A DNA stretch of 64,000 nucleotides. It comes from Chrysomallon squamiferum (lineage: Eukaryota; Animalia; Mollusca). Location: NCBI GenBank assembly GCA_012295275.1, contig CM022665.1:31868001-31932000 (forward strand), given 5' to 3'. Under the pieces are notes generated by a model. It searched no databases. It saw only the letters and a program-made list of their open reading frames with translations, and was not told the origin of the DNA. Both the position numbers and the translations under genes were made by a program. The first letter of the stretch is position 1. The number at the start of each line of letters is the position of its first letter. Positions 39,426 to 52,452 of this stretch are shown piece after piece.

Positions 39426-40884
39426 AATAATAAAATATCATAAAGAAAAATTTCCAAAGAATATTGTATTTATGTTGCTGTAAATTCCAGTACTTTGTTT
39501 TTTGTTTTGTTTTAATAACTTTCTGTTCACCACTTTATGAACTTGAAAGCATACCCATTAATCTAAATAAAATATTATTTCATTCACATCTGATTTATAT
39601 AAACAAACAACAGTTATTTTTAATATATTAAACAAAACAGAATTTTACCTGGATGTAAAACAGATCACTATTCTTTTAATGTATAGTGGTGAATACCTTT
39701 ACCTGCAGTATTTTTCTTACTTCACATAACTGATGACTATCAAAGAGAAATACAAAACAGCTTATCTGAGGTCAATCTCCCATCTACTATCAGAACCAGA
39801 CATCTTTTAGAAAGTGTGTATACCTCATACCTTTCTACACACCTGTACTGATTGTTGTCAGTTGAAGGTATACCTTTCAAAATTTCATGTGTAGCTTTCC
39901 TGACTTTCTCACCTGCATACAACTTTATGTTTTTAAAAGTCCAAGCCACAAGCCAGTAAGTTTGAGTGAAAATGTGCATCTAAGCTGCATTCTTTCAGTA
40001 ACCTGTATACAATATACTTGTTTTGTTTAATTTATGGATTTCTCAATTATCCCCAAGAAAGAAGTGAACCTAACAATTATCTGATAAAAACTGACTGGAC
40101 TGTTTTTGTTTGTTATATATCTCTACTGTATATAACAGATCCTGAGAGATTATTATATTTAAATGCAGCTACATGAACTCTGTGTAAAGTACTCATGCAA
40201 TAAACCTGTTTAGCTTAGTGTAATTATCTTTTCAGAGGAAAATCTATTTGGGATGGACAGATATTTTTTTTATATATTTCCAGGCTAAACAAAAATCCTT
40301 TTTGGGTACAATAATTACAGACACTTTATAATTTATTATAGTTTGTTTTGAACTGTTCATCTATTTAAAGAATTCTCTTTATCCATTTTTTTCCCCCTCT
40401 CATAGACTGCTGGGATGAGTTAAATTGAAACTGGACAAAACAGCAGCATAGTTAAGATAAACAGTTAAAGGAAAATAATTAATGTTAAAGGATGAATACA
40501 ATACCTACACATACACTCTTTTTTATTTGTTGTGTGCTTGACTGCAGAAATACTGTTTTAAATGCTAAGTAAAAACACAATTCTTTATAAAGTGATTATT
40601 TTACTTATGATTACTATAAAAATTATTTAAAAGAAATTGCAATTTATATGTTGCTGGTTTCATTTAGAAACTACATTGCTTTCATATAATTAAGAAAAGA
40701 TGAAATACACATTATTGAAAACTGGATAATAAATCTATGCAAACTATAAAATCTATATCAACTGGAAACTTTCAAACCATGGAATATTTATTCTTTTGGA
40801 CTAAAGATTTCTTTTGTTATTCAATCAATGAATGGTTTGTAATAATAATAATAATAATAATAATTTAAAAAATATAATAAATAC

Positions 40885-41008
40885 CTGTGTGCAATCTGGA
40901 TCTAGTTGACTTCCTAACGCCTGTGTTGTCTACAGGTGATAGGATTTTTCTCACCTCTGGTCCTCTCTGATAAATAATATCAGTAACATTTTCTGTAGGA
41001 ACTTCCAT
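40885..41008 (-). CDS. Candidate alternative first coding exon (MEVPTENVTDIIYQRGPEVRKILSPVDNTGVRKSTRSRLHT-G)
   Basis: In-frame TAA two codons upstream, attATGG context (A at -3, G at +4), 41 open codons with protein-like composition, donor CAG|gtattt in phase 1 matching the 34194 exon. Confidence 0.6.
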
Positions 41009-41475
41009 AATTTACAACTTACAATATGAAATAAAATTCACCCAGCCAAAAGAACAATTTAAAGTAAACTTCCAAGATCTTATTTCCCAGATCTCATTTC
41101 CCCCTCCCAGATATTAAATTTCATATATATTTTTTAATGCTTTGCCAGTTCAGGTATATCCAAAAACAACACAGCTTATGATACAATCATCTTTAACCCA
41201 CAAATGACCGATACTAAATATCTTTGCCCAACATTAGCCCTAAATCTGCAAACAGTCACTGTTTATTGTCCACTATCCCCTCTCCATCACCAATGATTTA
41301 TCTTGTAATTCAAAACACCTAACTATTGTTTACTTCTATTCTTTCATGGTGGGGGGATTCTTTACCTGTATCTACCTGTAGGACGTACCTCAGATTAGAA
41401 AAAGAAAAAAACTCTTTCATCTGTTGTAAATGATTATCACACCTCTGTTTATTTCTTAGCTACCTCTTTTTTTTT

Positions 41476-41528
<53 letters not shown>

Positions 41529-42137
41529 TGGCAAGGGGATTTAATGATTCTCATTGAAATCATCTGGTGGATGATAGATTTGTTTTGCAGTTCACACAGA
41601 TAAGAATGATAACAAAGCATTTCAAAGAACAATTTTGTGAAGATCAACTGTAATGTATTTATTATCTATCTTTTACACCAAGTTGACACCAAGGTGTTTT
41701 TACCTATATTGATTACATCATTATATTCACATATAGTATTGTTTGGTGAGGGTTTTCAAAAATCATTATCATATACTGATAAATATCAGATAATGAACTT
41801 TATTTAAGAACTGAATGCGTTAGATTTGTTCTGTATTATAAAATATTCATTATGCGTCACCATTTTGTTGTCACCCTGAATTTGATGTTTTCCCTTGCTG
41901 GATTGTTAATTTAAAATTTAAATGTTTTTATTCTTTCCTTTTCTGAAGTATATTTATATGAATGTAAGTATTACATTTTAAATTAGTAAAACATATGAAA
42001 GAAATATAGTTATATACTGATTTAATAAATAAGCTAATAAGTATATGCTACTATATAAAATAAAGGGTTATTTTAAAATATTTATATATGCTGTTGTATA
42101 AAACAGCAACAGTTTTTACTTTAAAATGTTTATAGCC

Positions 42138-42297
42138 ATGTGTATGTATGTATATATGTATTTATGTATGTTTGTGTGTGGATGTGTATGTGTATGTGTA
42201 TGTGGATGTGTATGTGTATGTGTGTATGTATATATGTGTGTGTATGTATGTATGTGTGTGTGTGTGTGTGTCTGTATGCATGCATGCATGTATGTAT
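42138..42297. repeat. Compound (GT/GTAT)n microsatellite
   Basis: Direct inspection; similar tracts at about 46540-46740, 48480-48670 and 58600-58850. Confidence 0.9.
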
Positions 42298-43611
42298 CAA
42301 ATATAAAGTCTTAATTCCATTAAGCTTAATCTGTAATACATCAAGTTTTGAGAAAATCCTCTAAAAGCTCTCAGTAGATGTTCCCCAGACAGTCTATACT
42401 CAGCTCTATACACAGAACAGTCCATAACAGCCAAGTCTATTTAACTCTTGTGTGGCTTAGACATCATAATCACCAAACATGAAGAAAAGACAACCCAGCA
42501 TCAAACTGTAATATCTCTCATGAGCCTTTATCAAAATATTTGCTATTTTACACTTAATGCAATAAAGTGTCGTTTTGTTATTTCAATTTTGCAACCATCA
42601 TTTATCTCTCAAAATAGTCTAACTGTCAAAGGTTGTCTGAAAAGCAATTTGCACGAACTTTTATTAGCATTATAAATTTTCTTTTTTAAAGTGCAAGAAA
42701 TCATAAATTACAAAAGAATTTATATAAATTATTCAGTGATCTGTTTTAAAGATGAAAAAAAAGAGACTTTCTTCTAAAAAAAACTTTCTTCTTTTTTCTG
42801 TAACATTTATAGTAATACTCTTATTCTTACAGGACTTAAGAATCCATGATTAGTCTGTCTTTCTTTTCTTTTCAGAAACTTATCCAATCAAATGAGAAAA
42901 AATAAAATAAAATATATATATATAAAATAAAAAACCTCAGATAATACTAATAACTTTTTTCATTCTCCAGTTTATGAGGAACAATTAATCAATTTTATAT
43001 TCAAAAAGATATAAATAAAAATACAATAAATTGTCTGTTGAATTCTGTACTTTGTAAGAGTGTGGCCTATTTTGGGATAAATGCCAAGAAATTAGTCTGA
43101 ATGTATAGGAGATTGATTGCACTAAGTTGTCTGATAGTAATTAATGGCTTTTAACAACAAGTCTGGTAAGAGAAACAGTTAAATGCAAGAATGTTTTTTC
43201 CTTGGCTAAATGTTCCTAAATAGTCTGGAAAGATATTTTCTACGCACTGGTCTTGTTCTTGAGGCACAGTTAATGCACAGTTTTAAGGCAGCCTGGGAAG
43301 ACTAGTGAAAAAAAATAGCTTTTAAAAGAAAGAGATTTGTAGCAAGCAAAAACTGTTGTTATTTAGTTCTGTGCTTGAAACTAATTTTTTATTCATACAG
43401 TTAAAAGGCTGTAACTAATTGGTAGAACTCTAAACTGAGGTAGAACAGGTTTTTAGCATTATTTTCCAATCTAATTGGTTTTCCATGATCATACAGACTT
43501 TCATGTTTAATTGAAGCTATTTAAAAAGTGTTTGTTGATACAAATAATTTTTACTAATATTGATTACAACCTCATTGTCACATACAAATAAAATAAAAAC
43601 TGTTTACTTCT

Positions 43612-43738
43612 TGGGGAATTTTGCAACAGACACGCCCGCTGACTTGTCAGAAAGCATGTCTGTCGTAGACGTGCTTCACAACAGCTTGCTCTGATTAGCA
43701 CGTTAATTGTTTTCATTCATTCATTCATGGGGAATTTT
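43612..43738 (+). mobile_element. Young 105-bp 5'-truncated non-LTR retroposon (SINE/LINE 3' end) insertion with 11-bp target-site duplication
   Basis: TGGGGAATTTT at 43612-43622 and 43728-43738 flanks an insert ending in a (CATT)n tail; 5 intact CpGs in 105 bp against a CpG-depleted background. Confidence 0.8.
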
Positions 43739-46700
43739 AAAATAGTTTTTGGTTAATGAAGTTTTATCTACTTTAGATTTATTATTTAGTTTGCAGATAT
43801 ATAAAACTTTAATATATATTTCATGTAATGGACATAATTGTAATTTATTACATATTACAAGATGAAGAAGAAACTTTGAAAATTAGAACAATCTATATCG
43901 GAACAGAAATAATTCACAAGATGTTTTCTTTTTTTATATATTTTATAAAGATTCCAATATTTTTTATATTAGTTTGTAATCATGTTTTTTGTTATTCATT
44001 TGTGGGTCAATTCTTAACAGGTGGTGAGGAGGAAAATGATGTATACAGATAGATAGATAGATAGATAGATAGACAGACAGAAAGAGTGTATAAATACATA
44101 AACATATGTTATGTATAAGAGAATCACATTGAAAAAAATATATATATCCATTTGTTAAACCATGATATATCAGTGACACTGGATGAAAAGGAAAATAATA
44201 TTTACAAGTTTCATGCTAAATGTTCAGACCATCTGGTTATCATGGAGAAAAATGAAGTAGAATTCATTGATTCTAACAAAAGAAGAACAAGTTATTTCTT
44301 ATTGTGGGTACTCTTTATCTGAAATAATTCTTCTATGTGAAGTGAGATGCCCAGAGTATTTTTCAAATGAAATTAGCCTCTTTAACTACATTAAAGGATC
44401 ATTTTGTAAGTCACAATGCACTGATATATAATAGATTAACTGGTGTATCATATTATGTTTTCATTGGACAATTAACTGATACTAACTTACCATTACAGAT
44501 CATCTCAGTTGTATCACCCATATTTACAATGAAAAATAACTCAGCACTTTTAGATGGAAATCTTCAAACAGATACATTACATGTCACATAGTAATCTGAA
44601 GCTTGCCTCTGATCTCAGAAATGATAGACACTTTAATAACCCAGTAACCAAACTGCTATTTAAAAAAAAGGTCAAAAACAATTAACTCCTGCACCCCATT
44701 TTTTTTACACAAAAAAGATAAAAAGATAAAAAAAAATTCATCTGACCTTTAAATTGATTGATATTTTAAGAAGCTGATGACCAAATTGTTATAAAGAAAG
44801 GGGTCAGAAAATAATTAAGTTTTATAATCTTGTATAATAAGGTCTGAAGTTTTATCTCTAATGTTCAGAATGATAGTAACATGGTGAATAAATTGTTACC
44901 AAAAAAAAGATTTATAAAATAATTTAAGTTTCACAATTTTTTGCCTAATAATATTATTGCAAAGTTTCAGTTATCTTGTTATCAGATGGTTCTACATAAA
45001 TACAGTTAAAAAATATATATATACAACCAATTAACTTACATAATAATGTAATACAAGAGGGCCCACAATTTTACTTTAAAATATAAATAACAGGTATTTT
45101 ATTACCTGTGACTGATTTATTATCAAAAAAGTGTAACATAAAGAAAAAAGAAAAAGAAATAAATAGCAAGTGTCATAATGTTATATAACATTTACCTCTA
45201 ACATTTTTTATGATTGAAATTTCAATAATTCACTAAGAAAATTATTCAAAAATAGTGTCATAAAAGAATCCATTTTAAGTTTTATAATTAAATAGTCTAA
45301 AATTTACTTTTAAATAAAAATGAATAAATATTTTAATGATCACATTATTACAAGAAAAGTTTTCACATGAGAATTAAATTTCACCAAATTTTAGAATAAA
45401 AATTCAGTCGCCTAAAACTTTACCTCTAAATTATAAAGTGACAGATATTTCTGTATCTCCAGTGATTATAACAAGAAAACAATTAAACTTCACAATCTTT
45501 TAAGAAATAGGATGTTTCATCAGACACTTTAAAAAGTGTTTCATAATATTTCAATAACCCAGTAACCAAATTATCATTAAAAACAGGGTTACAAAACAAT
45601 TATGTTTCTCTCACCCATCTTGTCACCATCTTCCTGTAAAGATGTCATATCATCTCCTGCCTTATAGAAAAATCTTGTAAACACTGATAACAAATTTTAA
45701 TCATCAACAGAGATCAGTGAACCATGAAGTATAAACAGAGATAATGGTTGTTCAGCTGTGACTGTATTAACACCGATAAAAAGATGACTAAAACTCACAC
45801 TTTATCAAACAAATGTTTACAAATTCAATCAACCAAAGCCAGTAACAAAACTTTAACAAAAAGCTTCCCCACTGAGCAAAATAGGTAAATGTAATTGCTT
45901 TCTCAACATATTTAGATATCTATTTAAAAAAAGAAAGAAAAAGGACATTCTGTATGCTAGTCTACTCTTTGTTAATTTCATAGCAATTTACCATGCAGTC
46001 TATAAGCTTAAATTCCAGTCAATATTTTCAACTTTTTCCATATAGCAAAGTTCCAAGTACAAATATTCAAGATAAAAATAAAATATGAGGGGTAAAAAGT
46101 CTCTGGTTTAAGTGATGCAGAAGTCCAAAAGTGTGTGCATAAACATCCACAATCAAGCAATTTCTGTCCTAACTGCCAAAAAAGGTGAAAGAGGTTTTTA
46201 TTTCAAAGCAGACAGATTTATATCTCTGACAGGGGCAAGTTAAACATTGTGACTGCCAGGACTGTAGCAGCCATTAAAATATTTAATTGCCCTCTTATAA
46301 ATTAGCATGTCACAAGTGCCACAGTAAAATGCCAAAAACATCAATGTCAATAAACATGATATAATGACAGCCTGTAATGGTTTTTCATTATGTTAAATAT
46401 TATGAGATACATTTTTGAACACCTTAAAATGTTGATCTAGATGAAGTGAAGATTTTTGTTTTGGTTAAAATAAATGTAACAGTACTGTAATCGTTATGCA
46501 TCAGTTAGAAAATTTGTATATGTGTTAGTGATTAGTGCATGTCTTAAGGTCCCAGTGTGTATGTACATGTAGTCATGCATGCATGTGTATGTGTGTTTAT
46601 GTACACACGTATACATATATGCATATGTATGTGTGCATGTGTGAGTATGTAAATATATATGCATATAAATGTTCACAGGAATTTAGATGTAGACCTATAT

Positions 46701-48861
46701 GTGGGTGTATGTATGTGCACGTATATATTATATATGAATAAGTGTGTTCAGACATAAATGAGATTATGATCTTTCCTGTATATCACTAAAATACAGGCAC
46801 ATATAACCCCATTCATCCTCTTTGACACAAGATATATAGATCCTGGTCCTGGGCTCAAATCAAATCAACTACATGCAAGTGTTCAACAGGACCACACACA
46901 AGTGAAGCTGTGTTGTTATGAAAGCCAGGCAATGCTTTGAAATCTGCTGATAACATGGTGATGTGATGTTATTCAACCTACATGATGCAGTTGCTCAATG
47001 TGAGATAACCTGATAATTCCTGTCTGCTATGTGGTCAGTGAACCAGGAAATAATATTTTAATTGATAGTTTCTTTGGTCTTCATTTGTGGGAAAAACTCA
47101 TCATCTGCTTGTGTCCTAATACTACTTTATCACAAACTTGAAGTGAGTGCTTGAACCTGTTCTATAAAAAAAGTGCTTGTAAAAGATAATTTGTTGCTAA
47201 TGATGATGATAGCCTATGTGATGGAAACAAGTTTCTTCTTTTAAATCATCATCAATATAAAAATAATAAAACATATTTGTGGCATTGCTGGAATATTTTT
47301 TCAACAGTTACAAAATAACTCTACAAAAGAAATTTCAAAGTTTACTGATAAACAGGAAAAAAAGTAACCAAACCTATTATGCTCTGAGCAATATATTTAA
47401 AGGTAAAGGTCCTAATATAGGTTTCTACCTTTTGACCAATCCCACCATTACAAAAAAGAAGACAAAATAAATGTTGTTCAATACAAAGGAAATAACTGCT
47501 ATTTATTCATTTTGAAACATGGTTACTGACAATGGAAGTAGGCAGTTAAAAATAAAGGCCAAAAAACTGTCAAGAAATTGTAAAAGATGTATTCTTCAAT
47601 CCAACTTTTAATCTTACCGAAAGATAATGCAGTCATTTATTTATAGAGAGTATCACTCTTGTATTTGGCTTCTTTTCAAAACCTAAAGCAGCTAGTTGTG
47701 AAAAATGCCATTTTAGTTGATTACTTTTATAGACATTTAAAGAAACATTCTGGCCAAATACCTGAACTACTATACTGATGCTATGCTGCCATTAAGTGTA
47801 TATTATGGTTTAATATGAAAATGAATATTTTTGTATGTGTGTGTATTTTTCTATTAATTGTTATAAAATATACATAATTTATAACTGTATGACATGCATG
47901 AATTTTCTTACACATAAATCTTTCATTTTAATATTCTTTAAATTTATTTTTAAATTATTTTATTATTACTGTCTTTTTCAAATCCTGAGTTAAACAAGAT
48001 ACTAATTCATCCTTTTAACATACACATATCATATTTATTTGTTCAGAGTATTCTTTTAAGAAAAGAAAACTGAACAACAATTTGTCTTCTTCTGTTCGAC
48101 CTTCAGAATTAGTGGACACTAATGTGTCAGGATTATTTCAGATTTAATTGAAAAAAAGATTAATTCTGGTGATAACCTGTCATGAAGGAGGTAAATCCAG
48201 TGGAATAATTATCACATTGTGGTCACTAATGGAAGCAGGAGATAACATACAGATGACCGGTTCACACGGAAGCTATAGATATTGCATTATTATCTACTAA
48301 ATGTTTATATGGTATCATTCAGTATAATATATCTACTAATACTTTATATGGTATCATGCTGTGTAATAATAGTTTTATGGTATCATACAAAACAACTTAT
48401 AATGATCAGTACTAATAATACAATGCACAGAAGCAGCTTAAAATATATATATTTTATTTTATTTCTTTCTTTTTGGATTGTGTGTATGTGTGTGACTGTA
48501 TGTATTTGTGTGGATATTGAATGAATATGTGTGTATGTCTGTTTGTGCAAATGTATATATGTGTATTTGTATGTGTGTGTATATATGTAATGTGTATGTG
48601 TATGTATATGTGTATGTGTATGTGTATGTGTGTGTGTATATATGTGATGGGTATGTGTATGTGTGTATAGATAAATTTATAAAATAATTAAAATCAGGAA
48701 ATTATTACTCAGCATCATTTGTAATATAATTCATGTATCATAAATACAGTGTGGTAGTAGTAGTAGAAGCAGTAGCAGCAGCAGCAGCAGTTGCTGTAAT
48801 AATAATAATAATAATATCTATCTCCTACTAGATTAATACATTTTTCATTTCCTTAATTCAG

Positions 48862-48904
<43 letters not shown>

Positions 48905-51900
48905 TAACACAAATCTGAAAGATGTTAACATTAAAATTAACCCAAATAACTAACACATACAGACATACAAACAAGAAATGTAAATTATAATTCATTAGAG
49001 TTATTAAAATACTTTTCAAAAATTTAAATCCATTTACTTACTAAAAACAATCCTTTCTTCCTCTCAAAAATATCCAATATTTCTGTCACAGAATTGAAAA
49101 GCAACAACAAACTCTTTTTGAAAAAATTATTTTAAAAAGCAACAAGTGGACTTTACCATTAGTTCTCTAATCATGCAATACACATCATCAACTGATACAG
49201 TCTAAATTAGATGGACAGATTTATGCCTAATGCCTGTCAATTAGTCAGTCATGTGAATCACATAACAACAAAGGCTGAGCATGCTTCACTAAATTTCATT
49301 ATAATCCCTTGTTTATCATGTACATGTTTGTACTACAGTGACCCATCACAAATACCAGTGATATATCTAGCACAGTTGTTGTTTGTATAAAAAAGAAAGA
49401 AAGAAAAGAAATGACACTATTTATTGGCCCACTTAAGACTAGCAATTATAGGATGAACATAATGAAGATTTTTACATTTGAACTTGATGTAACTCTAGGC
49501 ACTTGATGACAGATATAATTTATAGTTAGGTTATGTTATATTTTTCTTTTTTTTTTTTTTTTTTAATATACCTTTAATTAATTTTGTGATGAGTCATAGT
49601 ATAGTAAAGTCAGATATGTATGAATGAATCTATAATAATTATTTGAACTGTGTCCCATAAATGTATTACAAAATAATAATAATAACAACTATATGGGGGG
49701 AAAAAGCTTTTTATGTCTAAATTTATTGTTCTGTTTTAATACTTTTATTTGATATTTTTTAATTAAATTTCCTTTTTTCTTTCAATCTTTCTTTTTTTTT
49801 TAACTACATTTCATTATAATTAAAATGATTTATAATATTCATTTTATACACACATACACACAAAATAATAATTATAAAAAATGTTTATAAGTAAAAGAAA
49901 TTAAAATATATATGTTGTACATAAAATTTTTATCTTTATTAACATTATCTTATTTTAATACCAAATATTTTTGTTTATATTCATGCTTCAATACATATAA
50001 TCACATTTATATAAACAAACTTTAGAAAAAGAAAAAAAAAATGGTGTCAAAATATACTTTTCTATAAACAAAGAAAACAGTAGATCTGACCTCTTTCCCA
50101 TTTTTTTTCTCTTTGTACATTAGTAAGGAATTCCTTATAAATCAGCTGGGTAAGTTTTTTTGTTTGTTTGTTTTCAACACTGGCTAACAAGACTGACAGC
50201 TGCCATGATTTATGTAAACATCACTGTAGAAACTAAAACTTAATGGATCAGACATCATGATTAACACTCCATTCCACAGTCACAACATTTATTTTGTTTA
50301 ACTAGAACCACTATTGTATTACTTTGTGATTCAAACTCAGCAGATGCTCTGTATGAAAATGGTAGAAAGAACAACAAACAGAAGAAAGTAGATCAGGATC
50401 TAGATTATGATATAGCTGTTTAAGATAAAGAAGAAATTTGTTTTTCTCCAATTTTTTTATAAAAAAATGAAAATAAAGTAGGTTGAATAGGTTTTGGTAC
50501 TGTAACCGAGATAATTAAAACTGTAGATTGAAGAAAACTGTTTGCATAGAGTTGTAGGAGAAAAGTTGTTTTTTCATTTCATCTTATCATCTAATTAACT
50601 TATTTTTCTTATCTAAATATATTAAAATAAGAATACTGGTCTCTGAGAATTTTAAAGTTAACATCTCTTAGATTTGTGTGTGTGTGTGTGTGAGTGTGTT
50701 TGTGCCTGTCATATCCATGGTTTTGAACTGTGGAATGAAACCAACTGCTGACATACAATTAGAGATTATTTTTCAGTTATCAGGGGAAGGAGTCTCATAT
50801 AACAGTTTTTCATAGAAAAGAAATTACATATCAGGTGTTTAACAAAGCAGTTGTTGGACACTGTATAGTATGGGAAACAGCCATCATCTGATACATAATG
50901 TGTCATCCTTTATTATAATGAATTCTTGTGTTTGAAACTTTAAAAAAAACCATTTTACTTAAGCTCACTTCTCTTTTTTTCTCTTCCTTTTCTTTAAAAA
51001 ATAATAATAATAAATCTGAACAAAATTAAAGCATTAAGCTAAATTGTTTTTGCTTTAATTATTCTTCAGCATAAAAAAGAGTATTAAGATCATGTAAAAC
51101 ATATGATATGACAGCAGAATTTGTATGAAGTTTAATAAACTTCCCACATAAATCTTGTGAACCGTAACAAAACAAAAACCAAACCAATTTAAACACTACT
51201 TTTTTTCAAACACTGCCTCAAATTAAAGCAGACATATACAGCCTAGAAGAAATGAATTTTTTTTTCTTCTGAAATGGCTGATGTATAAAATTTAAGGTTT
51301 AATACATAAATTATGTTGAAACACCATCTGACACCTACATCAGAAATTGTGAATACAACTAAAAGCAATTTATCAACCATGTTTTTTATATTACTGAATC
51401 TGATTTAGTTTAAAATATTTACAGCAGAAAATGTAATAAATAAATAAAAAGATTTACAAAGGTTAATTTGTATAATTTAAAGTTTGATAAATAAATATTG
51501 TCTAATTTCCATCCAACATCTGTAACAAACCTTGTTGAATTAGAGCAAAATATAACCAAAATTAATTTATCCACTAAATTCTTTATAAACTCTGCTTCAA
51601 GTTAAAGCATTTACAACAGAGAGCATAATAAATAAATATAATATTTTTTTTTTTTTTAAAAAAGGCTAATGTGTAAAATTTAAAGTTTAATAAATAAATG
51701 TAGTCCTGGTTCTGGGTGACATCTGTATCAAATTGGTGATGAGTTTGTATAAAGAAAATCAATACAGGCTGAGTCTGTAGAAATAATTGTTTAGCCCAAA
51801 GACAAATTTTAGTGAACTTGTCATAAAATCTTCAAACTGATGACAGAATCACAATAATTCATATCAGATGTTATTAAATATCCAATGTTATTTAACAGCA

Positions 51901-52394
51901 GAGAAAGGTTTTCTCTTTCAGTGGCCAGTCAAAAAAAAAAAAAAAAAACCCCAACAAAATAGTTTGTATGATGTATGTAATATATAATATTCAACAACTG
52001 ATAGCTAGTAAAAAAAAAGCAAAAACCAAAAAAAAAAAACCCCATTAATTTAGTTATTTACATGCTATTGTGTTTAACTATAGTTACATACAAGTATATG
52101 TAGTTTCCTTTGAGTTTAATTTCATCAGTTTTCATATTGTTTTCTGATATATAATTTCTTGGATTAACAAAAGTCAACCATTCTTCTAAAGATATGTATG
52201 ATACATATAAAATATTTATTATGCAAAATATTATATATTTACATCATAAACAAGTTTGAAAAGTAAATGTAACATATGATTAACACATAATTAAAACAAA
52301 GGAAATTTTATATTTAATGGTATATCATTTTTGTTTGATAGCAATATTTTTTATATTGCAAAGCTTGGTTCATCTTCTGAAACATAAACGTTCT

Positions 52395-52452
52395 GAATGA
52401 ATGAATGTTTAATGATACCCTAGCACAAAAAAAATATATCAGCTACTGGATG
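52395..52452 (-). mobile_element. Second copy of the (CATT)n-tailed interspersed repeat fragment
   Basis: gaatgaatgaatgtttaatgataccctagcac...atatatcagctactggatg aligns with 30443-30510. Confidence 0.55.
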
